Shown here piece after piece: positions 10,919 to 22,114 of a stretch of 64,000 bases of DNA (positions are counted from its first letter, which is position 1; every line of letters begins with the position of its first letter). The notes beneath the pieces are model-generated. The model was given only the letters and a program-made list of their open reading frames with translations, was not told the origin of the DNA and ran no database searches. This DNA is from Prasinococcaceae sp. CCMP 1430. Its lineage: Eukaryota; Plantae; Prasinodermophyta. The position numbers were made by a program, and so were the translations under genes. The stretch spans positions 101,209 to 165,208 of the forward strand of contig RQSC01001202.1 in NCBI GenBank assembly GCA_013416795.1, in the 5' to 3' direction.

Positions 10919-12750
10919 CTATAATAGGGAGCCGTGATTGCTGCTATCTAGCGCATTGCGCTCGCCTCGCGCCGCACCTGCCAGAAGTCGACCGTAGCCC
11001 CCGCCCGTGCTGGCGAAGTGCACCTGATAGCCGCGCGAGGACGCTTGGAGCTGCGAGCGGGCAAGCAGTAGCAAGTTCTCGTCGGGGCTCATGCCAAGAT
11101 GCATGGACACATTTTGTGCCCCGGCAGCAGTGTTTAGCCACTGGCCGGATGTGTGCCAACAACAACGAATTGTTCAGTGCACGCTTTGAGTCAGCCGCTA
11201 TCCTGCCGGATCGACAAAGCGGCACCGTGTGCATGCCTGACGACGCGGCTGGGATGCACAAACAGTCGCTATCACTGGCACATTCGCACCTGCTCCCTGT
11301 TGATCACGTATCTCGCAGACCGCCTGAGGCACGCGTCGTGATGCGTTCCAGCCAGCAGGACGGCGCTCGTCAGATTGTGAGCGCGTGCATGGCGTGCCAC
11401 CCCTTCGAAGAATTCACGGTTGCCAAGCTTGGCGTATGTCCTCTCTTTCCTTCGACGCTCCTCCTCGAGAGCCGCGCCAGACCGCCCAAACACGTCTTCA
11501 GCATGGACGCGGGAAGGGCTGTCGCCCGCGTCGGTGCCCAGCTGAAAGCTGGACCCCACGGGCATCGGGGCAGCGCGCCCACTCGTTGCGGCAGCATGGC
11601 TGTGCTGTTTGGGCATGGTATTGATGGCACCACCTGCTAGAAACGCGCGTGCGCGAAGCAAGACTGCCCGCAGCCCATCGATAGTCCCATCGATGACGTC
11701 GTTGACAACCTGCATCAAGGCGCCGACCCTGCCAGATACCTGATGATCGGCCGCATCGTCGTGTCCGACACGCTCATCGCGTGCAGCTGACCGCGAGGCT
11801 GGCAAATCCGTGCCTGCCGCTGCCACCCCCGCCGCCCTAGGCCGCTGCTGTTGCTCCACATCGAGCAGCGGCATGTCGACTCCAAGAGCAGCCGACGCGG
11901 AGGAGGAGCTCCGACCCAACCCCCACCGCTGCTGCGATTGCAGCGGTGATTTGGGCTCTTCTCGTAGCCTGATCATCGGATCCCCGGCAATGTCAGTGCA
12001 GAGCACGTCTCCCACGCGCAAATGCAACACCAGCAAGCCCCCTTGGTGGTCACCGGCGCGGAGCAGGGGCTCCAACGGGTCGTTCTGGCCGGTTCCTCGC
12101 AGCCTGCGCTCAACTATGCGGCGTAGCATTGCGTACGCGTACGGCGTATAGTAGCCATTGACGGCATGGAGGTCGAGTTGCTCCTGCGCGTACTCAGCCC
12201 CGATGGAACCTGGGAAGCCGTCGAGTACATCGCGCAGGACGGTAGCGTCCTCAAGCTTCAGCAGGTCGCCGAGACGGTACCAGTTCCATTGCGTGCCGCT
12301 GAAGAGCTGCGCGGCGACCGCGCTGATGGAACCTGCCGCGGCAGAGTAGGCGCCTGCGCTCGGCGGTGCCCCCGTGGAGACGACACCGTGATTTCCCGGC
12401 CCCCGAGCCGCGCCGGCGGCGGGATCAGGAGCCAACCATTGCGTATCCTCCGCAGCGCGCGAGAGCCTGTGCGGCCGCACGAAGAGGGGGTCGTGCGCCG
12501 TGCGCACGTCGACCAGTCCCCAAAGCGCGACCGCCGCCAGCGCGAGCGCGTACACCGTCGCTGCGAAACACAAGCCGCGCGGCACTCGCTCCCCTCTCGT
12601 CCGCAGAATCCGAGCCTGGTACCGCCGGCAGGGCTGCGGCGTGCCCCCCCCTCCTCCGTGCTGCGCGCGCGCGCAGCTGCCGCACCTCGCGCCCCCGCCC
12701 CCGGCCAATGCAGCCCCCCCGGCGTCCGCCGCTGGCCGGCGCCTCGGCAT
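10919..12750 (-). CDS. Type II membrane glycosyltransferase-like protein (fucosyltransferase-like HLRxGD family); at least one intron (donor 11289)
   Basis: N-terminal TM (LCFAATVYALALAAVALWGLV), YRLGD..FPGSIGAEY, LVLHLRVGDV, VLLAGTH, and C-terminal SPDENLLLLARS..FASTGGGYGRL, resembling GT-B fucosyltransferase motifs. Confidence 0.6.
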
Positions 12751-14078
12751 CCGCCACCGGCGCCTCCTCGGCGTGAGCAGCAGCCCTTTCGCTGCCGTTG
12801 CGGCGGTGCCGCGCCTCGCAGGGGATGCGGACGCCCCCCCCCCCCCACGCCCGCACGCGCACTCGCGCGCGGGTGCGCGGCGCCGCACACCGCCGCGGCC
12901 CCGCCGGTGCACTTCGTCACGAGCATTCGCGACGTACCGTCCGCCGCCCGCGGTGGTGGGGTCATCGCAACCATACAGCACATCTTCCGAGCGAGTGGCT
13001 CCCGCGCCATTGCCTCCGACCCCCTTTGCTTTGACCTGGCTCGGAGGGAGTGGTGCACCGGTGCGAGACGCAATGCAGCGAGCGCGCGTCAGTCTCACGA
13101 CGCACGCACGCCGTCTGGCTGGCGGCAGTCACCACTCTGACGAGTCTCAGACGCGTCAAATGCTCCTTGCGCTCCATTCCCGCCTGCGCGTCGGGTGACC
13201 GCAGCGAGCCCCTTCGCAACGTAAGACCAACCCCGCCGAGGCCGTACCATCTGATGGTACTGTTCAGGTTGCAACCGCGAGCGGTCTCCCCTCCGAGGGC
13301 GGGTCCACGCCGGCGATGCTGGCGGTACCGTACCAGGTTGGTACCTGGGCTCGCGGCCCGGCACAGCTTTCCTCCCTTCTGCGCATGGACGTTCGACGCG
13401 CGCATTGGGAAATAAGACCCGCTGATCCTTCGCGCCAACGAGTCCTCGAAGGCCAGGACTCAAAAATGGGAGAAAAAATTGCTCAGGTTGTCATTCGGTT
13501 GACGGCAGTCGCACGATGCGATGGGGGCCTGCGAGGTGCCGCGGCCACGCCGCGCATGCGCGTCCGATGGTCCCACCGACGGCACGAAAGAGGCCCAACC
13601 CCCCAAAATCATCCATCCCATTCGATCCATCCGGCAGCCCTCCCCCAACCACCACCACACACGCACACGCACACCTCCGCCCTCGGTCGGCGCGCGCGCG
13701 CGCGCGCCCGTGGCGGTTATTTTTGGCGGGTCAGGGAGCACACCCGACCCACTCGGAAGGGTTGAAAGTCTGCGTCACAAAAACCAACGCGACAGATTGA
13801 TAAAGGGGAGTCGGCGGCGAGGGTCCGCGCGCGGCGCGTTCGCACCCGGGTGCACCCGCAGCCCGGCCGCAACGGAACGGGGATGGGAGTGTGCGCCGCG
13901 GGCCTGCCAGCGGGGGGCGCGGCGACGGCGCAGCGACCGCGCCGCCGCTGCCGCCGCGCCCGGCCGGTTGACTGCACCTTGACTCGCTGGCCTCGGCTCG
14001 GCGCAACAGGACGGCGCTTGCGTCACACGCGCGACTGGCCAGGCGGCGCGGGCGCAGTGGCACACGCGCGCGGCGACG

Positions 14079-17021
14079 ATGGCCGCGTCCAGTCGTTGGC
14101 CGCGCATCATGCCCCGCCGCCGCCGCCGCGCGTGGTTCTCGTTGACGAGCGTCGCCATTGCCAGCGCCGCTGCCAGCGCGTCGCTCGTGCTCGCGGCCCC
14201 CGACGACGTAGGCAATAGACACGCCCCCGCGTCGTCGGCCTACAACACCGAGTGGTCGTCGCTGGAGCTTGGCCCCGACGCTGCGCTGGCGAAGGCGCTC
14301 CTCGACGCGCGCGCGGCGCTCGAGCATTGCATGCGAGCGCGGGAGACTCCGCATTGCCGGCGGGGCTCGGGGCCGGACGTCGGTGCGTCGCTCGAGCGTG
14401 CAACGCTCGCGACTGCCACGTTCGGCCTGCGGGCAGCGCACGCAGATGCACGGCATGTCGACGCCGTCGCACAGTCGCACGCGGCCTTCCGTGGCCTCTC
14501 GAACGCCGACGCGCTCGCTCGCCAGTACGCGCGCGACCTGCCCGAGCAGGAGAGGCGGGACGTGCTGGAGGCTTTGCGGAACGCCGTCGAGGAGTGCACG
14601 CTGGCCATCGCGACCTCTGCCGAAGGCGCAGGCGATGCAGCAGCGACAGAGCACGGCTGCGAAGGTGCCGCGCGACGCCACGAGCGCAACGTTGACGATG
14701 CTGCACCCCCGATGCTGTCACTTCCCAAAGGCTCGTCGCACTGGGTAGATGCGAGGGGGGTGCCCACGCTGGTGTACGGATGGAGCACAGCGCCAGTGAA
14801 TTACGCAGACACGACGATCACCACGGGCGCTGGCAGCAGCGCGTCGAGCAGCGGTGTCGTCGATGGAGATGGCGACCAAGGCGTCGGCTCCGCCAACGCT
14901 TCTGCCAGCGTGCTCGCGAGCTTCGGCGCTCAGACCGAGTACAACGGGCGCATGGTGGACGTGGTCGTCCTGCCGGCAGCCCTGTACAGCCACACGCGCA
15001 AGAAGAACGGCAAATACCCAGTGCGTTGTGCCTTTGCGAGCGCGCACCATCCCCTCGCAGCTGGACGTTTTCACGCACGCGCCTGAGCTGACGCGGGCGC
15101 GCTCGCACGCTCGCAGGAGTGGCTCCTGCGCGGCAAAGTTTCCCTGCTCGTTGACGTCGTCGAGCGCGTGGTCCGCTCCGGCAAGGTGGCGCAGGTGTAC
15201 CTCTCCCACGGACGGCCCTCAAGTGGGAGCTCTGCGGCAGGTCACGACTCCCAAGCCATGCCACGGTGGGCCACGGAGGTGGCTCCCGAGCTCGTCGAAC
15301 GCACGGGCCACTTTTGCTCGTACGATATCACGCACCCCATCGCCCATCGAGTGTGGTCCGAGGTGCTCGCCGAGCTCGTCCCCCAGCTGGGATCGCGGGG
15401 CCTGCTCGAGTCGCGCGGGGCGGTGGTCTTCCAGCTGATGAACGAACCTGCGCTCTTCAACGCGCAGGACTTGCTTGCCTTCATGCGCGATCTGCGGTCC
15501 AGCGTTCACACACTGGCGGGCGAGATGGGCGCGCCACCGCCTCCGTGCTGGGCGAAGGCCATGAACAATGGATGGACGTCCCCTCTATCGCTCGGCGGCG
15601 CGATGGCCGGCTCGGCACCATCGCAGGACGGCCTGCCGCGCGTGGAACTTGCACGCGCACTGGACGGTCACTCGCAGGACAGCAGGCTCACGCCCAAGCG
15701 CGCGGGCTTCGGCTCGAGCCAGCTTCCCGAGGTGTCGCGGCTGCTGCCCTCGAACGTGTACTCCCTCGACTGGGTCGACACGCTGTTGACTTATGACCTC
15801 ACGCGCGCTGTGAACCCTGCCCAGCCCGTGGTCGAATCCGAGCTGCATTCGCTGTCAACCGCGAGCTGGCGGCAGGCCGCGCTGCCGCCAACGCTCGTTC
15901 ACGCCACTGCGCAGCTGCTGGCAGTCTCGGGCGTGGCATCGGTCCAACTCTGGTACTGGGGCAGAAAGACGGCGGCGCTCCCGACGCAGACCTCCACAAA
16001 TACCTCTACGACTGACGCCGTGATCACGCACTACGCCCCCGACGTCGATGCCACACAGGAGTTCGGTGGCGGCAATTTTGCGATGTCCGCCACCACCCAG
16101 CCGCTGCTGGTGGACGCGTACGTGCGCGCAGGCGTGCTGCTAAACGCACTCGTGGACGACGTCGTCGCCCTGTCGCGTGCCGAACCCGCGCTCTACATGC
16201 TCTACCCTTACGAAGCAGGTGCGCAACCCCCCGCGGAAGGCGACGACGCGCCAGACGATCCGCACGACGGCGCAGAATCGCCTGGCTCGTCCCAGGCCGC
16301 TGCCCGCACGCCAAACAGCAGCAGCGTCCACTTCAGCGACGACGAAGGCCTCGCCAGCGATGGCACACCCCTCGCGCGCGAGCTCGGCGAGCTTGGTGCC
16401 GTCTACAGCATCGCAGCTCAGCTCGGCGGCCGTGTTGGCTTCGTTGTCAGCGCCGACGCCGTTGACGCGCTGCAAGCGGGTAGCGTGCTGTTGCTCGCGC
16501 CGCTGCAGGCGCGGCGATACTGTGGAGGCGCCAAAGTCGAGTTTGAGTCAGGCAGCTCTGAGGAAGACCGCATTCAGCACGCGCTCGCGGGTGCGCACGC
16601 TCGCGGCGTGCACGTGGTGTGTGACTACGACTTCCCCTACGACGTTGCCGACACCCGTGCGCTGCAGACGCTGCACAGGCGTGTAGGCGCGCTCCTGCAC
16701 GATCCCCGGCGGCCCCTGCTATGCGTCGACGCGCTACACGAGGGCGCACTGGCGTTTGGAGTTCACTGCCGCGCGGTCGAGGTGCCATGCGCCGCCTCCG
16801 ACACAGCTCGCGGCACGCCCACGTGCTACGCGCTTTCCGTAGTGAGCATGGCGACGCGCGCGATTCGCGTGCGCGTGGAGCACGCCGCAGATGCCGGCGC
16901 GCGCGTGCGCGTGGCGGACAGCTTCACCGGCGCCGGGTCCGGCCCGGACTCGCACAACTCCACCACCCTGCATCTGGAGCCCATGGGCAGCAGGATGCTG
17001 AATGTAAGGATTGACCTGTGA
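14079..17021 (+). CDS. Secreted clan GH-A (beta-galactosidase/GH42-like) glycoside hydrolase; exons 14079-15020, 15117-17021
   Basis: Signal-like N-terminus; HDSQAMPRW, YDITHPIA, FQLMNEP (acid/base Glu), VVESELH (candidate nucleophile), QLWYWGR; phase-0 GTGCGT..GCAG intron. Confidence 0.6.
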
Positions 17022-17470
17022 TTCCATTATCTCCTTCTTTCAAACAAAGCAAAAAAAAAGCCCTTCGCGGCGGCGGCGCCTGTCGTCGCGATGCGGGCAA
17101 TTTTTCGCGCGGTGTCACATTTTGCGCACACGTCCGTGCGTGCGTGCGCCCCCCCCCCCCCTTTCTCCCCCTCGCGGGCAGAGTGTGTGTGCCGGCACTG
17201 ACCATCGACGCGGGCGTGCTGTGTGCTCTGCGCGCCTGGAGCGTGGCGCCGCCGCCACGCCTGCTGCTTCCGCGCCTGCCGCCCGCGGACGTCCCGGCGG
17301 CCGCGGTGCACAGGCGCGTGCGCGCGCACGCGGAGCGCGTGCGCTGCGGCGTGAAGCGCGCCTGCGGTGGCCGCGGTGCCACTCTTCGCCTCCGTACCGC
17401 ACGAGGGAGGAAGGCAGGGGCATAGGGCGCGCTGTGCACCTGCAGTCTGCGCCACACACAGAGTGAGACG

Positions 17471-18205
17471 ATGGTCGCCCCATTGCCCGAAGGCTGGAAG
17501 GCGTACCGCGACCCAGCAACGAACGCCATTTATTACGCAGCGCCGGACGGAAGGACGCAATGGCAGGCGCCGCCGCCTCCCGCGCCCACTCAGGAAATGC
17601 CCTCTCTGGGGCAGCTTGCGCAGCAATTAGACGCACTAGGCAGGCAGGTACAAGCACTCTGCAGCCAGGTAGAAGGACTGCTGCAAAGGGTGCGATTACA
17701 GTACGAGAAGACGCAAGCGACTACGCAAGAAGGACTAAGCAAGCAGGTCGCAAGGATTCGCGCACCAGACCACGCTGAAGGGGGGCGCAGCGATGCTGGA
17801 CCCTCTAAGCCCGTCAAGCGTGAGCGCTCGGAGGATGAGCCTCGCTCACCGGACCACGCCGAAGGGGGGCGCAGCGATGCTGGACCCTCCGAGCCCGTCA
17901 AGCGTGAGCGCCGTGAGGATGAGCCTCGCTCACCGGACAACGCCGAAGGGGGGCGCAGCGATGCTGGACCCTCCAAGCCCGTCAAGCGTGAGCGCTCTCA
18001 GGATGAGCCTCGCGCACCAGAACACCAGCATCGCGCACAAGGGGGTGCCCAGTGTGAGCGCCGCGATGGAGAGCCCTCTGAGCCCATCGGCGAGTCAGTC
18101 GAGGCCAGCGACATGAGGCTGGCGCGCGTGATGCATGATAAGGATATCCACGCGGATCTCCGTCAAGAGAGGAAGCGCCCGCGTCGATACGGTTACGACG
18201 AGTAA
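17471..18205 (+). CDS. WW-domain protein with a coiled coil and three 28-aa repeats
   Basis: LPEGWKAYRDPATNAIYYAAPDGRTQWQAP is a WW domain; heptad region follows; basic C-terminus RKRPRR. Confidence 0.8.
   Translation: MVAPLPEGWKAYRDPATNAIYYAAPDGRTQWQAPPPPAPTQEMPSLGQLAQQLDALGRQVQALCSQVEGLLQRVRLQYEKTQATTQEGLSKQVARIRAPDHAEGGRSDAGPSKPVKRERSEDEPRSPDHAEGGRSDAGPSEPVKRERREDEPRSPDNAEGGRSDAGPSKPVKRERSQDEPRAPEHQHRAQGGAQCERRDGEPSEPIGESVEASDMRLARVMHDKDIHADLRQERKRPRRYGYDE
17768..18019 (+). repeat. 84-bp tandem repeat x3 (coding)
   Basis: gaccacgc(t/c)gaagggggg.. units start at 17768, 17852, 17936. Confidence 0.92.
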
Positions 18206-18455
18206 AAGAGTCAAGTTTTGGTACGCTTAATCTCACAGGCTTGGAACACCACTCTATTTGTGGCAGCGCACTAGGTCTATGTGCGCAGCTTGCGTGGCGT
18301 GACCGGCGCTTACATACTACGCGCGCGCGGACTCTCACAACTCAAACGTGCCAAGGCTGGCGCCGATGGGCATCTTGTCGCTCATAACGAAGAGGTAGAC
18401 GATATGACTTGTGTAGACGATGACTTGCGCTTATAGCTCGCGCTTTGAAAGTCGT

Positions 18456-21400
18456 TCACCAGTACATGGTGTTGATGATGCGTTCGTTGGGGCTCGGAAG
18501 CTGTCCGGTAGTCCCGACGCCACCCTCTCGATAGCTCGAGGTCCGCTCTGCGACCTGTGCGCAGTAGTACAGCGGTACCGGCGAGCCGACCACCTTCCCA
18601 CAGAACGCGTAGCCCGTGTGGAGCGCGAGCATGAGGCGCTGCAATGCTTCATCCTCCGCTCGATCGATGTCGGAGTGCAGCGGGATGACCTGCTCCAGGC
18701 GAGGCACGCCGAGGACCCCCTTGTGTGCGGCGAGGTAGAACGCGGACATGCGATCGCAGAGGTCATTGATCTCGCCGCTTGAGATGTCGGTGATGACCGT
18801 GCCGGGGAGCGGGTTCCCGGTCCTTGAGTCCTTCGCGTCGTGGCTCTCCGGCCACGCGTGCATGCCCGTTTTCTGCACGACGTTGTACGAAAGCTTCGGC
18901 TTGCCTCCAAGCATCTGCTTGACATGTCCTTTCTCGAGCACGCGCTGGAGGCCTTCTTCGAGCTCGCGCGTCTTTGCTGCCTCGAGGGATCCTGCAGCGA
19001 CGCCGTTCCTTAGGACGACGATCAGGTCAAGCTTCGCGCCATTGTTGCGGACGCTCCACGCCTCGAGACTGTCCTCGAAGAGCCGGCACGCGAGCTCAGG
19101 CTCAAGAAGCATCCCATTACTCGCGGCGTCTTCGTCGCCGCTCCTAAACTCGGCGCAACGGGCGACGTACTGCTGCGCGCCCTCGACGAGCGTGCACACC
19201 GTCGCAATGGCGGGCGAAGCGACCTCCGCGATGGGACGGTACACGTCAACTCCCATGACAGCGACCGTGTTCATGCCATGTGGAAGCGGCATGCTGGCGG
19301 CGTAGTTGAGCCCGCCCATCTTGGCGTTGATCTTCTGGGCCATGTTTGCCTGCTCCGAGTTGCGAAACTTCTGGAGCGTGGCCTGGCGGATCTTGACCAG
19401 CCTGAGCCCGCGCTGATCAGCGCAGAAGTTCATGTTGAACGTCCAGCCATCGTGCGAAGACATGCCTGCCATGTTGCCGGTCCCAGACGTTGGCTTTTCG
19501 CCGGGAATCACGCAGATCGCCAGGTCCAGCGGCCTGCCGAGAGCTCTCTCTGCTTGGTCGCAGAAGGCATCGACCCAGCTCCCTCCGTCCAGCGGGCTCT
19601 GCACCACGTGGACGTGGAGGGCCCTCGCGCCACACCTGTACTGCAGGCGCGAGTCCATGCGGATCCCTTTGGATACGCAGGTGCTCACGAGCTGGGTCAG
19701 GCAGCTCTCTGCCTGCCCTTCCAAATCACGACGCGGCTGGTCCGTGACCATGCACAACGCGAACGTGAAGTCGTCCGCGCCGCGCACAAAGCCCTGGCGA
19801 AGGTTGCTCATGAAGTCAAAGCCGCCCTGGGCGACCAGTCCGCGTGGCCCGTCGCGCTGGATCTCTGCACGTGCTCCGCCCTGGTTGAGCTCCAGCCTAG
19901 GGAGCTCCAGGCGCTTCGCCGTCGCCCCGTGCATGGCTGACGAGCACTCAATGCCGAAAGCTTTCATGAGCGGGTTGTTGTTGACGATCTCGCTCACGAG
20001 CCTTTCCAGGGTGCTCTTCCGGCCGGTGGGGTTGCTGTAGGTGCCGCGCCTATCGAGCATCTTGCTGAGTGCCGTCTGTGGGGGCTGGCCCTTGGCCCGC
20101 TGCCCGGCGACGATCCTGACGTGCTCGAGCGGAAAGGCCGTTGTCGACCCCGGCCTTGCGCGGATGAGCGGAAGACCAGGATACTCCAGCGACGCCCCCT
20201 TCGATTCGAAGTGGCTCGCCACGGAGATGCTGGTGTCGCCCTTCTTGAACATGTACTCACGCGCCGACTCCTCCGTCAGGACGGAGCCGGGGCCTGCGGT
20301 TGGCCGCTCCGTACCCCCATCGCGCTCGTCAGGCCGTGTGGAGGCCTCGTCGCGCTCGATGCGGGCCTTGATGAGCATTGGCTTTCCAGGACCGCCGAGA
20401 CCAGGGATGCCTTCAACCCACATCCCGTCGAGGCCGCCCCACGATGAACCTCGACCTGACTTGTCCCCGAAGAGGAAGATCTCGCGGGTCCTCGCGTCGA
20501 AGGTCGCATGACCATCCGAGCGAAAGCCACGCGTTGCGTACCCTCCGAGGAGGGACGCACCGAAGACGATTTCCGGCAGCTCTTTGTCCTTTGCGACCTG
20601 TGTCACGCCGATTGCGGCGGACACGAACAGATCCTTGCCGCAACTGCGTGTTGCCGCCTTGACGCCGACGAGCACGACACGATTGTCGTCCTGGTCGAAT
20701 GGCTCGCCCTTAAGCTTGCTCATTGGGCAGAGGACGCCCTTCTTCTCGTCAGCCAGCTGGCCGGACTTGAACGCCAGGTCCACCACCGCCTCGACGGCGC
20801 GATCGTCGCGCGCAGAGGTCTTGGTAGGGATGACAGTGGGCTTCCAAACCGTGATCTGGAAGCGCCACGCCCTGTCGCGCGGGTGTTCCAGCAGCCTGGG
20901 TTTCCAGGGGCGCTTCGGGTCCGTGACGGCCAGTGGGCCATCCTGGAAGAAGCTGCTCGGCAGCTCCGTGGGCCTTTCCAAAATGGAGCGCAGCGTGGGG
21001 TTGTGGTGTGGCGACGGGTGCGCGCGCCGTCGAGTGTCAGCCTTCGGCGCCTGCGCGGGAGCTACGACGGGGGTGCTACGCAACGCGCACGCACGTGTAG
21101 AGCGTCCCAGAAGGAGCTCCATCGTAGATGAAGGGCGTGTCCAGCATGCCCTTCTGCTCGAACATGCGAGCGATGAGCTTGCGGGTCAGCTCGCCCCCCT
21201 TCATCAGAGGGACGGCTTCGCCGCCGCTAAGCTTCGCCAATCGCACGTGGCATGCGTGCCACTCTTCCTTGGTGATGGTCACCCCAAACACGTTCACCTT
21301 GGCGGTGAACGGAGTGCCTGGGGTGACCATCGTGCCCGCCCCTGACGACGGCCTCCCCGGTCCTGGGCCGCCACCGCCCCCCGCTCCAACAGGGCGCGGC

Positions 21401-21823
21401 GTGCCGCACCTGAAGCAGAACTGCTTGGAGGCGAACACGTTGGCCCCGCACCCTGGGCAGGTCCAGTCGCCAGGCCGGCCTGTGCGCGCGAGCACGCGCC
21501 GCAGGGGCGCGCGGGCGCAGGCGAGGGCGGCCGCGCACGCGCGCGGGCGCGCGCGCAAGCGACGCATTTGTTGAAAGTTAGTGCCATGTTCTAAACCCTA
21601 TGTAACATCTATTGAGACCTAAAAACTGGACTCCATCGCTCTCACCTCCACCTGCCGTGGGACGCGCGTAGCCGCCGTAGCCGTACCCCTCGCCGCGACC
21701 GTCGCGGTCGCGGCGGGGGGCATACCCGTCGCGGTCGCCGTAGCTGCCGCCGCGGTCGCTGTAGCCGCTGCCGCTGCGGTCGCCGTAGCCGCTGCCGCCG
21801 CGGTCGCCGTAGCCGCCGCCGCG
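18456..21823 (-). CDS. AGO: Divergent Argonaute (RGG repeat + RanBP2 ZnF + N-L1-PAZ-L2-MID-PIWI), 5' end in gap; exons <21823-21646, 21479-21095, 20973-18456
   Basis: N: AKVNVFGV..FIYDG..LYTPTELP; PAZ: SISVASHF..LEYPGLPLI..FPLEHVRIVAGQR; L2: NPLMKAFGI; MID/PIWI: QKINAKMGG, VMGVDV, IVVLRNGV, VVQK, GNPLPGTV, FYLAAHKGVLG, PVPLYY; both introns are GT-AG with matching phases. Confidence 0.9.
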
Positions 21824-22114
21824 NNNNNNNNNNNNNNNNNNNNNNNNNNNNNNNNNNNNNNNNNNNNNNNNNNNNNNNNNNNNNNNNNNNNNNNNNNNNN
21901 NNNNNNNNNNNNNNNNNNNNNNNNNNNNNNNNNNNNNNNNNNNNNNNNNNNNNNNNNNNNNNNNNNNNNNNNNNNNNNNNNNNNNNNNNNNNNNNNNNNN
22001 NNNNNNNNNNNNNNNNNNNNNNNNNNNNNNNNNNNNNNNNNNNNNNNNNNNNNNNNNNNNNNNNNNNNNNNNNNNNNNNNNNNNNNNNNNNNNNNNNNNN
22101 NNNNNNNNNNNNNN

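Noticed and set aside
13135-13165. CTGACGAG resembling a hammerhead ribozyme core
   Set aside because: No GAAA after the putative stem II, and stems I and III are not found
17768-18019. Regularly spaced repeats suggesting a CRISPR array
   Set aside because: The whole 84-bp unit is repeated with no unique spacers, it is in-frame coding, and the context is eukaryotic with no cas genes
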